64,000 bases of DNA from NCBI GenBank assembly GCA_045578805.1, contig JAZNKY010000057.1, forward strand, positions 4,333 through 68,332. The letters are read 5' to 3'. A model generated the notes under the pieces. The model saw only the letters and a program-made list of their open reading frames with translations. It did no database searches and was not told the origin of the DNA. Source of the DNA: Oscillospiraceae bacterium. GTDB taxonomy: Bacteria; Bacillota; Clostridia; Oscillospirales; Ruminococcaceae. Shown one piece after another: positions 55,734 through 63,688 of this stretch. A program made the translations under genes and the position numbers. Numbering within the stretch: position 1 is the stretch's first letter; every line of letters starts with the position of its first letter.

Positions 55734-56398
55734 TTGGTTTCCTCCAATCTGCGTCGAATCTCCTCTGCTGCCGCATCGAAGGGCGCGGGAGAATGCCCTG
55801 CTGAAATACGGCCGTCGCGGGAAAGGCAGAGCATTTCATACTGCCGCTGTGCATAGGCGCGGCAGTCCGGATCCGCAAGATCCATTTTGCCAATGCGCGT
55901 CAGGGCATAGCCGGGCGTTTCTTTGATACCGGTGTATTCTGCGCGGATGACGGCATACAGGAACTGTGCATCCCGGATACAGGTCTCCTGCACAATGGCG
56001 AAACCATTGGTATAGAGCCAGTGACGGAGTACATCCGCCTTGGTCATGGGCTGCAGGACCAGTCCGATCTGTTCCAGCGAAAACGGACAGGTTTCCAGAA
56101 TATGTACCATCGTTTCACCGCCCATACCGGCAATGACGACCTCGGTCAGCCCCTCCGGCGGCACCTGTGCCAGACCGTCGGAAAGGATCGTGCGGATCTC
56201 GCCGGAAAGCCCGTGCTTTTCAATGGTTCTTCTTGCCGCCGCAAGCGGTCCCTCTCCAATGTCCGAAGCGATCACGCGCTTTGCAGCTCCGGTTTCGATC
56301 AGGTGTACAGCAAGCTGTGCATGGTCGGTACCCACGTCGCAGACAACGCCGCCGCTGCGTATCAATGCCGCACATGCCTGTAATCTTGGATTCAGCAT
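55730..56398 (-). CDS. trmK: tRNA (adenine22-N1)-methyltransferase
   Basis: VCDVGTDHAQL SAM-binding start and IAGMGGE block. Confidence 0.85.
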   Translation of the reverse strand: MLNPRLQACAALIRSGGVVCDVGTDHAQLAVHLIETGAAKRVIASDIGEGPLAAARRTIEKHGLSGEIRTILSDGLAQVPPEGLTEVVIAGMGGETMVHILETCPFSLEQIGLVLQPMTKADVLRHWLYTNGFAIVQETCIRDAQFLYAVIRAEYTGIKETPGYALTRIGKMDLADPDCRAYAQRQYEMLCLSRDGRISAGHSPAPFDAAAEEIRRRLEETK

Positions 56399-56464
56399 AA
56401 TTTCTCCTAAAAGCGATCAGGGGCTGCGGCGGCTGCCGCAGTCCCCTTTTTATAATACAATATT

Positions 56465-56671
56465 TTACTTATTTGCAAAATGTGCCTGCAGCTTTGCTAC
56501 CAGCTCATCCGCATCCACACCATGCACGGCACATGCCTGTGCAACGGATTCGCCTCTTGCAGAGGGGCAGCCGAGGCAGTGCATACCCATTTCCAGGAAA
56601 TAGGGTGCAACATTGAAATCTGCGTCCAGAATATCGCCGATCACGGTATCCTTTGTTACTTCAAAAGCCAT
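56465..56671 (-). CDS. DUF1858-domain protein (hybrid-cluster-protein-associated redox disulfide type)
   Basis: 68 aa; MGMHCLGCP CxxC centre flanked by helices. Confidence 0.75.
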   Translation of the reverse strand: MAFEVTKDTVIGDILDADFNVAPYFLEMGMHCLGCPSARGESVAQACAVHGVDADELVAKLQAHFANK

Positions 56672-56700
56672 AATAAACCTCCATGTTCATAGATTCATGC

Positions 56701-56730
56701 AGAAAGCACAGCGCGGTGCTGTGCTTTTCT
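56701..56730 (-). terminator. Weak terminator-like hairpin after the zinc-ribbon gene
   Basis: AAAGCACAGC-5 nt-GCTGTGCTTT; the U-rich run is partly inside the stem. Confidence 0.4.
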
Positions 56731-56753
56731 GTCATAGATTTCCGGAAAGAAAC

Positions 56754-57029
56754 TTATTCCTCTCTCATCTTTGCGAAGCACTCGCTGCAATATACAGCAC
56801 GACCCTCGCTGGGCTGGAACGGCACTCTTGCTTCGCCGCCGCAGCCTGCACATGTTGCGGTGAACATCTCTCTTGCAGCCTTCGGCGCGCCCTTTCTTGC
56901 GCTGCGGCAGCTTCTGCATCTCTGGGGCTCATGCTCAAAGCCCTTTTCTGCATAAAATTCCTGTTCGCCGGCAGAGAATACAAACTCCGCACCGCATTCC
57001 TTGCAAGTCAATGTCTTGTCTTCGTACAT
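56754..57029 (-). CDS. Double zinc-ribbon protein
   Basis: 91 aa; CKECG...CRSCR then CAGCG...CSECF; first ribbon matches the FxFxxxEQxFY type. Confidence 0.7.
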   Translation of the reverse strand: MYEDKTLTCKECGAEFVFSAGEQEFYAEKGFEHEPQRCRSCRSARKGAPKAAREMFTATCAGCGGEARVPFQPSEGRAVYCSECFAKMREE

Positions 57030-57157
57030 GATCGTTTACCTCACTTAATAAATTGTTTCGGACTACGGACGGGGTGAAACCGACACCTTTGATGAATCAA
57101 CGCTCTCGTTAAGCTACAAGCCCTTATATCGCACCTGCCGGGGGCAGGGGTCGAACA

Positions 57158-57739
57158 TTATTGAAAGTACTCCGTACTTTTGACGGCGCGCATCTTTCTG
57201 CGCACACGCTGCATGGCATTGTCAACGGATTTCTGGTTGATCCCCAGATGCTCCGCTGTCTGTGCGTAGGATAGCCCCGCCATGATACACTGCAGGATCT
57301 CCCATTCCCTGTCGGAAAGCAGTGCCATGACCTGCATCCGGCATTGGGCATAATTTTCTTTCTCCACCAGAATGCTCTCCGGCGTTTCTGCGTCTGCAAT
57401 GACCGACTGCGCCTCCATCAGCTGTGTGATGTCAGCAACCGGCTCTTCACAGCCTGCGCGCCGTACAAGCGAACGCATCCGGTTGACGATGCAGACCTGT
57501 GCATAGGTCGAAAACTTTGCACCTGCATCGGGGCGGAATCGTGAGATCACATACAAAAGGGTAATCAGACCCTCCTGCGCGAGATCATCCGCATCCGTTT
57601 CGGTTGCTGCATACTGTGCAGCATGATACCGCACAAGCTTCAGATACCGTTTCAGGAGCAGTGCCTCAGCCTCGACTGAGTCTTTTGCAAGTACTGCAAG
57701 CTCCTCGTCGGACGCATGTTCCAGCTTCTCCTCAGACAT
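57158..57739 (-). CDS. Sigma-70-family RNA polymerase sigma factor, SigH-like (regions 2 and 4 only)
   Basis: Region 2 DDLAQEGLITLLYVISRF and region 4 HTH LSYAQTAEHLGINQKSVDNAMQRVRRKM resemble remembered SigH blocks. Start ATG 57739 (alternative ATG 57748), 14 or 5 nt after the upstream stop. Confidence 0.85.
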   Translation of the reverse strand: MSEEKLEHASDEELAVLAKDSVEAEALLLKRYLKLVRYHAAQYAATETDADDLAQEGLITLLYVISRFRPDAGAKFSTYAQVCIVNRMRSLVRRAGCEEPVADITQLMEAQSVIADAETPESILVEKENYAQCRMQVMALLSDREWEILQCIMAGLSYAQTAEHLGINQKSVDNAMQRVRRKMRAVKSTEYFQ

Positions 57740-57752
57740 AGCCGGCATCCGT

Positions 57753-58316
57753 CTATTCTGCTGCAAATGCCGCTCTGCCCTCTGAGAACAGATCGCCGCC
57801 CTTTGCATCGTTGCAGACAACCAGAGGAAAATCCTCAATATAGAGCCGTTTTACAGACTCACAGCCAAGATCCTCGAATGCGATCACCTGCATTTCCTTG
57901 ATGCATCTTGCCGCCAGCGCACCCGCGCCGCCAACGGCGCAGAGGTATACTGCCTGGTTTCTGGCAACCGCATCGCGGACAGCTTCGGAACGCTCACCCT
58001 TGCCGATCATTGCGGCAAGTCCGAGATCGAGAAGTCTGGGTGCATAGGGATCCATTCTGCCGGAGGTCGTCGGACCGCAGGAGCCGATCGGCTTGCCGGG
58101 CGGTGCAGGCGTGGGACCTGCATAATAGATGACTGCACCCTCCAGCGGAAACGGCAGCTCACCGCCTGCATCAAGCAAGGCAGCAATACGCTTATGTGCC
58201 GCATCACGCGCTGTATAGACATAGCCCGACAGCAGAATCTTATCGCCAACACGGAGTTCCTTTGCACATTCCTTTAGCTCCTGTGCACTAATTCGCCGAA
58301 TTTCCGGCATTTTCAA
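57753..58316 (-). CDS. Fe-S hydro-lyase beta subunit (class I fumarate hydratase / tartrate dehydratase beta type)
   Basis: 187 aa; LSGYVYTARDAAHKR, GPTTSGRMD and GKGERS blocks. No alpha-subunit gene adjacent. Confidence 0.88.
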   Translation of the reverse strand: MKMPEIRRISAQELKECAKELRVGDKILLSGYVYTARDAAHKRIAALLDAGGELPFPLEGAVIYYAGPTPAPPGKPIGSCGPTTSGRMDPYAPRLLDLGLAAMIGKGERSEAVRDAVARNQAVYLCAVGGAGALAARCIKEMQVIAFEDLGCESVKRLYIEDFPLVVCNDAKGGDLFSEGRAAFAAE

Positions 58317-58331
58317 ACCACCTCGGATGTA

Positions 58332-59846
58332 TTACTCGCTTACGGATGCTTCTGCATCCTTGATCAGCTCACTCATATCAAAAGAGAAATTCTTCTTTTT
58401 ATTCTCAGCCTTCGGTGCGGGCTTTTCCTCAGCCGCCGGCTGTGCCTTGGCTTCAAACATCGCAGATGCATCATCATCAGAAGGCTTTGTCATTTCCTCG
58501 AACATGGCAGCAGCGTCCTGTGCAGGAACTTCTGCATTCATGATCTTTTCCTCAGCATCTGCCGCAGACTTTGTGGTCTCCTCAACACTCTCGCGTGCAT
58601 CGGAGATCAGGGTGTTTGCTTCTGCGATCTTCTCATCAACGACCTTTGCTGCATTGGACATCATCTCGCTTGCCTCGCGGAAGCTCTTCTCGATGCCGTC
58701 GATTTCAATTGTCAGCATGGATCTGATGGTTGCAGTCAGCTGCTTTACGCGCTCCTGCTGTTCAATTGCATCCTTCTTGATCTGCGCAGCCTCAGCCTCA
58801 GCCTTTTCTGTTGCAGTACCCAGAATGCGGTCTGCCTCGGCATTTGCAGTGGATGCTCTCTCGTTTGCATCGTTCACAATGCGCTCTGCTTCTGCATTGG
58901 CATCGGAAACAGTCTTTTCAGCCTGTGCGTTTGCATCGGAGATCGTAGTTTCTGCCTGTGTATCTGCCTCAGAGATGCGCTTTTCTGCGTATGCATCCGC
59001 ATCCGCAATGGTCTTGTCAGCCTGCTCGTTGGCAGCGGCAATCTTCTTGTCTGCCTCTTCCTTCGCAGCAGCTTCCAGCTGGAGTGCGCTCTGCTGTGCC
59101 TGTGCGAAGATCGCACTCATATCAAAGCTCGGTGCGAAGCCCGTGGTCTGGGAAGCCTTCTTCTCCAGTTCAGCGACCTTCTCATTGAGCTTGGTGATCT
59201 CATCATCCTTAGCGGAGAGCTGTGTCTTCACCTCATCCAGTTCCTTTGCAGAAGCCTCTGCATCTGCCTTTGCAGATTCCAGCTTGGCATTCATCTGGTC
59301 CATTTCAGCAGTCAGCTCACTGGAAACATCCGCACTGGACTTGAGAGAGCTGTTCTCGGACTTCAGGCTGGTTACTTCATCGTTCAGCTGGCTGATCTCG
59401 CCCTTGAGCGCAACGATCTCCTGCTGATACTCGCGCACCTTACCCTCATCTACACTGTTCTTTGCCTGTTCGAGCAGCTTCTTCATCTTCTGCTCATCCG
59501 CAGCTCTTGCCTGCTTTTCGGCATTCAGTGCATTTGCAAGCTGACTTGCCTTTTCCTTGTAGGAAGCACCTTCACCTGCCTGCTTTTCATATGCAGCCGC
59601 CTTCTTTTCAGCCTCAGCAGCTTTCTTTTCTGCTTCAGCAGCCTTTTTGTTAGCAGCATCCGCATCACGCTTGTAGGACTGCACCAGCTCGGATGATGCC
59701 GGGTCGATTTCCTCGTCGCGCTTCTTCAGCTCTGTTTCCAGATCATAGATTCTGGAATGAACTTCGTCCAGATAAGCCATAACGGAGTCTTTTTCGAGAC
59801 CGCCGGGGCGCATAGTCGTTTTCAGTACACCAGATGGGATTTCCAT
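58332..59846 (-). CDS. Long coiled-coil protein with DivIVA-N-like head and 11-residue repeats
   Basis: 504 aa, Ala/Glu/Lys-rich. N-terminus LKTTMRPGGLEKDSVMAYLDEV resembles the DivIVA FxxxxRGYxxxEVDxFLDxV head. Own promoter and RBS, separated from ftsZ by a terminator. Confidence 0.75.
   Translation of the reverse strand: MEIPSGVLKTTMRPGGLEKDSVMAYLDEVHSRIYDLETELKKRDEEIDPASSELVQSYKRDADAANKKAAEAEKKAAEAEKKAAAYEKQAGEGASYKEKASQLANALNAEKQARAADEQKMKKLLEQAKNSVDEGKVREYQQEIVALKGEISQLNDEVTSLKSENSSLKSSADVSSELTAEMDQMNAKLESAKADAEASAKELDEVKTQLSAKDDEITKLNEKVAELEKKASQTTGFAPSFDMSAIFAQAQQSALQLEAAAKEEADKKIAAANEQADKTIADADAYAEKRISEADTQAETTISDANAQAEKTVSDANAEAERIVNDANERASTANAEADRILGTATEKAEAEAAQIKKDAIEQQERVKQLTATIRSMLTIEIDGIEKSFREASEMMSNAAKVVDEKIAEANTLISDARESVEETTKSAADAEEKIMNAEVPAQDAAAMFEEMTKPSDDDASAMFEAKAQPAAEEKPAPKAENKKKNFSFDMSELIKDAEASVSE
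58812..59060 (-). repeat. In-frame 33-bp periodic repeats encoding 11-residue units
   Basis: Protein residues about 263-345: EADKKIAAANE QADKTIADADA YAEKRISEADT QAETTISDANA QAEKTVSDANA EAERIVNDANE ... Confidence 0.75.
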
Positions 59847-59920
59847 TGTTCAAGCTCTCCTTTGCACACAGGGACGGGAAACCATCGGCTTACACCGCTC
59901 CTGTTTTCAGTATTGATTTA

Positions 59921-59957
59921 ATTATACCATATTTTTTTCCATCTTGCAATAGATTTT
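59921..59957 (-). promoter_or_regulatory. Promoter of the coiled-coil gene, with shared upstream 14-mer
   Basis: Minus strand AAAATCTATTGCAA (59944-59957; TTGCAA is the -35), 17 nt, TGgTATAAT (59921-59929). Confidence 0.55.
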
Positions 59958-60012
59958 ATGTACAATTCATCCTATGTTTTTCGTGCATTCTGACTAAAGT
60001 TTTTCACGAAGT

Positions 60013-60073
60013 CAAAAATTCCGGCTGGTGCACTCGGACTCTATCACATACATCCGAACGCATCAGCCGGAAT
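60013..60073 (-). terminator. Terminator-like long hairpin directly after ftsZ
   Basis: Minus strand ATTCCGGCTG ... CAGCCGGAAT (60064-60073 / 60018-60027) with extra inner pairing, followed by TTTTTG. Confidence 0.65.
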
Positions 60074-60094
60074 ATTCATTCCATGTTTTTACAA

Positions 60095-61210
60095 TTACTT
60101 ACCGCCGAGGATCTCAAAAATATCGTCCAGATCATCCATGTTCATTGTGGACTTGGGTGCGGAACGATTGAAAGGAACATCATCCAGCATGGGATTGTCG
60201 ATCGGGATCACATGCTCCTCCTCCGGAGCAGCTGCTTCTTCCTTCTTTACGTCATCCTCAAAATCTGCTGCAATGACAGTGATCGTCATCTCATCCTGCA
60301 TCTCTTCCTTGAAGGCAGCACCGAAAATGAACTGTACATCGGGAGCTGCTGCTTCTGTGATCATCTTGGATGCGGTATCTACATCGGAAGCCAGGGTATC
60401 CTCGGACATCGCAATGTTGATGAGCAGTCTTCTTGCGCCTGCGATGGAGGTTTCCAGCAGCGGGCTGCTGATAACAGCCTTAGCTGCCTCAGTTGCCTTG
60501 TCCTTGCCTGCGCCGTGACCGATCGCCATATGCGCATAGCCTGCACCCTTCATGGTGGTGGATACGTCTGCAAAGTCGAGGTTGATGTAGCCTTCCTCAA
60601 CGATCAGATCTGCGATGCTCTTGACACCGGTCTTGAGGATGTCATCGGAGAGTGCGAAGGATTCCTTCATGGTCAGGGGCTTTTCCAGACCAACAAGCAG
60701 TCTTTCGTTCGGGATCACGATCAGGGAGTCCACATATTTCTTCAGTTCAGCAATGCCGTTCTCAGCCTGTGCCATCTTCTGCTCACGCTCGAAAGCAAAG
60801 GGCTTGGTCACAACAGCAACTGTCAGAATGCCCATTTCCTGTGCAGCCTTTGCTACAACGGGAGCTGCGCCTGTACCTGTGCCGCCGCCCATACCAGCGG
60901 TGATGAATACCATGTCAGCACCCTTGAGAGCTGTGCTGATCTCCTCAATATTCTCCTCTGCGCTGTGCTTGCCGACCTCGGGCTTGTTGCCTGCGCCTCT
61001 GCCCTTTGTCAGCTTTGCGCCGATCTGGATACGGGTTGCAGCCTTGGAATTATTCAGAGCCTTTGCATCAGTATTGATCGTTACATACTCAATATCACTT
61101 ACACCGGAGTCAACCATGCAGTTGAGCGCGTTGCCGCCGCCGCCGCCGACACCAATTACCTTAATATTAACCTCCGGGTCAAATGCTTCCTCATAGATGA
61201 AGTCCGTCAT
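60095..61210 (-). CDS. ftsZ: Cell division GTPase FtsZ
   Basis: Tubulin signature GMGGGTGTGAAP, NTDAKAL, C-terminal DDLDDIFEILG-type tail. Confidence 0.97.
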   Translation of the reverse strand: MTDFIYEEAFDPEVNIKVIGVGGGGGNALNCMVDSGVSDIEYVTINTDAKALNNSKAATRIQIGAKLTKGRGAGNKPEVGKHSAEENIEEISTALKGADMVFITAGMGGGTGTGAAPVVAKAAQEMGILTVAVVTKPFAFEREQKMAQAENGIAELKKYVDSLIVIPNERLLVGLEKPLTMKESFALSDDILKTGVKSIADLIVEEGYINLDFADVSTTMKGAGYAHMAIGHGAGKDKATEAAKAVISSPLLETSIAGARRLLINIAMSEDTLASDVDTASKMITEAAAPDVQFIFGAAFKEEMQDEMTITVIAADFEDDVKKEEAAAPEEEHVIPIDNPMLDDVPFNRSAPKSTMNMDDLDDIFEILGGK

Positions 61211-61284
61211 TATAGTTCCTCCTACCAGCTTTTATTTCCATGTAAAAACATAAATATCTCATTCAGATACCAATATACAATATT

Positions 61285-61321
61285 ATTTTATCACATTCGC
61301 GCGGAATTTGCAATAGATTTT
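61285..61321 (-). promoter_or_regulatory. Candidate ftsZ promoter, with shared upstream 14-mer
   Basis: Minus strand AAAATCTATTGCAA (61308-61321), 17 nt, TAAAAT (61285-61290). Confidence 0.5.
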
Positions 61322-61402
61322 TGACAAAATTTCTTTTTTTCCTAATCACACAACTCACAGTGACGAATTTAATGCAATTTTAACAAAAATGCACATAAAC
61401 AT

Positions 61403-62260
61403 TTATTCGATTTGTAAAGCAGCAGCATCCGTCAGGGCTTCGGTGGCTTCTTCCGCCTGTTTTCTGCCTTCCTCCACATCCGCCTTATTGCGGAAGGAAC
61501 ACTGGTTCGTGCCGATCATCGTCAGGTAGCCCTCCTTATCCGCCGGCTGCTTGCTGATGATGTGCTGGGCAAAGTTGATCTTGTATTCGATCTCATCCCA
61601 GTTTCCCATGTCAAATTCGATACGGTCGTCGAAATTCACAAGAATATTGTGCGCTTCCGTCATATCCACAGAAACAATGGGGGCTTGCAGTGTGCTGTTG
61701 TTGATGATCTCCATGAAGGCATTGAGGATCCTGTCGTCCCGTTCCTTCTCGGCGGTGATCCATGTACCCGCTGTCGGTTCCAGCGGTGTGTAGCCCTTGA
61801 TGGTCACAAGTCCGTCCTGCGGATCCATGCCGTCTTCCAGTATCTTGCCGTACTTGCTGACGATCAGTGTGCCGAAGCCGTATTCGATATTATAGGTCGG
61901 CTCGCACTTCTGCACATGGATCACAAGCGTATCGGGGAACTGCCGGGTAATGGAAATATCCTCGACATAAATCAGGCTTGCAAGAGCGCGCGCTTCAGCT
62001 GCCTCCAGATCCAGCCGCACCATATTGTCACCGGTGGCTATGCCGGTCGCGGCGGCGATCTCTTCCGCCGAGTACATCTTGGCATCGCCCACAACCTGGA
62101 TCTGCTGGATATTGAACATCACAGTCATCGAAAGCGTGATGGTCACACCCACTGCCAGTATCACGACCACAAGGGCATACATGGCAAAGCCGCGCCGCCT
62201 TCGCCGGATCCGGCGGTAATTCGTTTCATGTGTCATTGACGTTTTTTCTACATCTCTCAT
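61403..62260 (-). CDS. ftsQ: Cell division protein FtsQ/DivIB (POTRA domain)
   Basis: Arg-rich cytoplasmic head, one TM helix, POTRA block IQQIQVVGDAKMYSAEEI...FPDTLVIHVQK. Confidence 0.78.
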   Translation of the reverse strand: MRDVEKTSMTHETNYRRIRRRRRGFAMYALVVVILAVGVTITLSMTVMFNIQQIQVVGDAKMYSAEEIAAATGIATGDNMVRLDLEAAEARALASLIYVEDISITRQFPDTLVIHVQKCEPTYNIEYGFGTLIVSKYGKILEDGMDPQDGLVTIKGYTPLEPTAGTWITAEKERDDRILNAFMEIINNSTLQAPIVSVDMTEAHNILVNFDDRIEFDMGNWDEIEYKINFAQHIISKQPADKEGYLTMIGTNQCSFRNKADVEEGRKQAEEATEALTDAAALQIE

Positions 62261-62275
62261 ACATGCTCCCCTTTT

Positions 62276-63538
62276 CTACACTCTTATGATCTCCGCGCCG
62301 ACGCTCCGCAGCACCTGTTCGGGGCTGTCATAGCCCCTGTCAATATGCTGCAGCTCCGTGATCACGGTCTCGCCTGCTGCACACAGTCCTGCAACAAGCA
62401 TTGCCGCACCGCCGCGCAGATCGGTCGCCTCCACCGCGGCCCCATGCAGACTGCGCACACCGTTGATGACTGCAGTGCGTCCGGAAATACGGATGTCTGC
62501 CCCCATCTTCATGAGTGCGTCCACATGGCGGAATCGATTTTCAAAAATGGTCTCCTCCATGACAGTCGTGCCCGCTGCACAGCAGAGTGCTGCCATCAGG
62601 ATCGCCTGTGCATCGGTCGGAAAGCCGGGATACGGCATTGTCCTGAGCATCCGCACAGCCCGCAGCGGTGCGCCGGCATGGAAGCAGATGCTGTCCCCTG
62701 CCGCGCTCATCCGGCAGTTCATCTCCTCGAAAACATCCAGGATGCTTTCCATATCTGCCGCGCTGACATGGCGCAGGCACAGCTCGCCGCCCGCTGCCGC
62801 CGCCGCCGCAAGCCAGGTAGCGGCTACGATACGGTCGGGCATGATCCGGTATGTACAGCCATGGAGCTGCTTCACACCTTCGACGGCAATGGTGCTTGTG
62901 CCTTCACCTGTGATCCTTGCACCGCACGCACGGAGGAATCTTGCCAGATCCACGATCTCCGGCTCACGCGCGGCATTGGTGATCGTCGTTTCACCTCTGG
63001 CGGTCACTGCGGCAAGAAGGATATTTTCTGTTGCGCCCACAGACGGAAACTGCAGATGGATCCTTGCACCATGCAGACCGTTGGGTGTGGTGCAGTACAG
63101 TGTGCCGTTGTCCTCATGGATCTTTACACCCATGCGCCGCAGTGCCTGCAGATGCAGGTTAATGGGGCGAGGCCCCAGCTCGCAGCCTCCCGGATAGCCG
63201 AGGGTGCAGGTTCCCATCCTGCCAAGTACGGCACCGAGAAAAATGATGGACGAGCGCATTTCGCGCATGAACTGCTCAGGTATTTCAGAATCGTGCATTC
63301 CGTGTGCATCCACCGTCACGGTATGCTCCTGCATACTGCACCGGCAGCCGAGGTGGGTCAGGATCCGACAGGCGGCATAGACATCCGACAGCCGGGGACA
63401 GTTCTCCAGCCAGATCTCACCGTCACAGAGCAGCGCAGCCGCCGCAATGGGCAATGCGCTGTTTTTCGCACCCTGTACGGCGATCTCACCCTCCAGATGC
63501 CTGCCGCCCTGTATCACTAATTTCTGCATATACGCCAC
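62276..63538 (-). CDS. murA: UDP-N-acetylglucosamine 1-carboxyvinyltransferase
   Basis: 420 aa; GAKNSALPI N-terminal block, catalytic-loop region GGCELGPRPINLH, FPTDAQA block. Confidence 0.95.
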   Translation of the reverse strand: MAYMQKLVIQGGRHLEGEIAVQGAKNSALPIAAAALLCDGEIWLENCPRLSDVYAACRILTHLGCRCSMQEHTVTVDAHGMHDSEIPEQFMREMRSSIIFLGAVLGRMGTCTLGYPGGCELGPRPINLHLQALRRMGVKIHEDNGTLYCTTPNGLHGARIHLQFPSVGATENILLAAVTARGETTITNAAREPEIVDLARFLRACGARITGEGTSTIAVEGVKQLHGCTYRIMPDRIVAATWLAAAAAAGGELCLRHVSAADMESILDVFEEMNCRMSAAGDSICFHAGAPLRAVRMLRTMPYPGFPTDAQAILMAALCCAAGTTVMEETIFENRFRHVDALMKMGADIRISGRTAVINGVRSLHGAAVEATDLRGGAAMLVAGLCAAGETVITELQHIDRGYDSPEQVLRSVGAEIIRV

Positions 63539-63602
63539 TCCTTTCTATCATTATTCTATGACAGAAACAGGAATGGGTGAGAAAATCATACTATTTCCAT
63601 TT

Positions 63603-63678
63603 AAAAATCTTAATTCATTAAGATTTTTATAGCCGCCGCAGGCGGCTTTCTTCAAATCGCTCAATAAGCGATTTGAAG
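63603..63678 (-). terminator. Three consecutive hairpins in the murG-murA spacer
   Basis: 63650-63678 CTTCAAATCGC/GCGATTTGAAG; 63631-63647 AGCCGCC/GGCGGCT; 63603-63628 AAAAATCTTAA/TTAAGATTTTT (A-tract/T-tract symmetric). Confidence 0.55.
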
Positions 63679-63688
63679 AAAAAGAGTA

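Noticed and set aside
57131-57157. Minus-strand TTCGACCCCTGCCCCCGGCA resembles a tRNA T-loop plus 3' acceptor strand. It could be a tRNA gene or an att-site remnant just after the sigma-factor gene.
   Set aside because: There is no matching 5' half (no complementary T-stem or acceptor strand, and no D or anticodon arms upstream), no CCA, and no integrase or direct repeat nearby. It is adequately explained as a small CCTGCC-CCC-GGCAGG hairpin after the stop codon.
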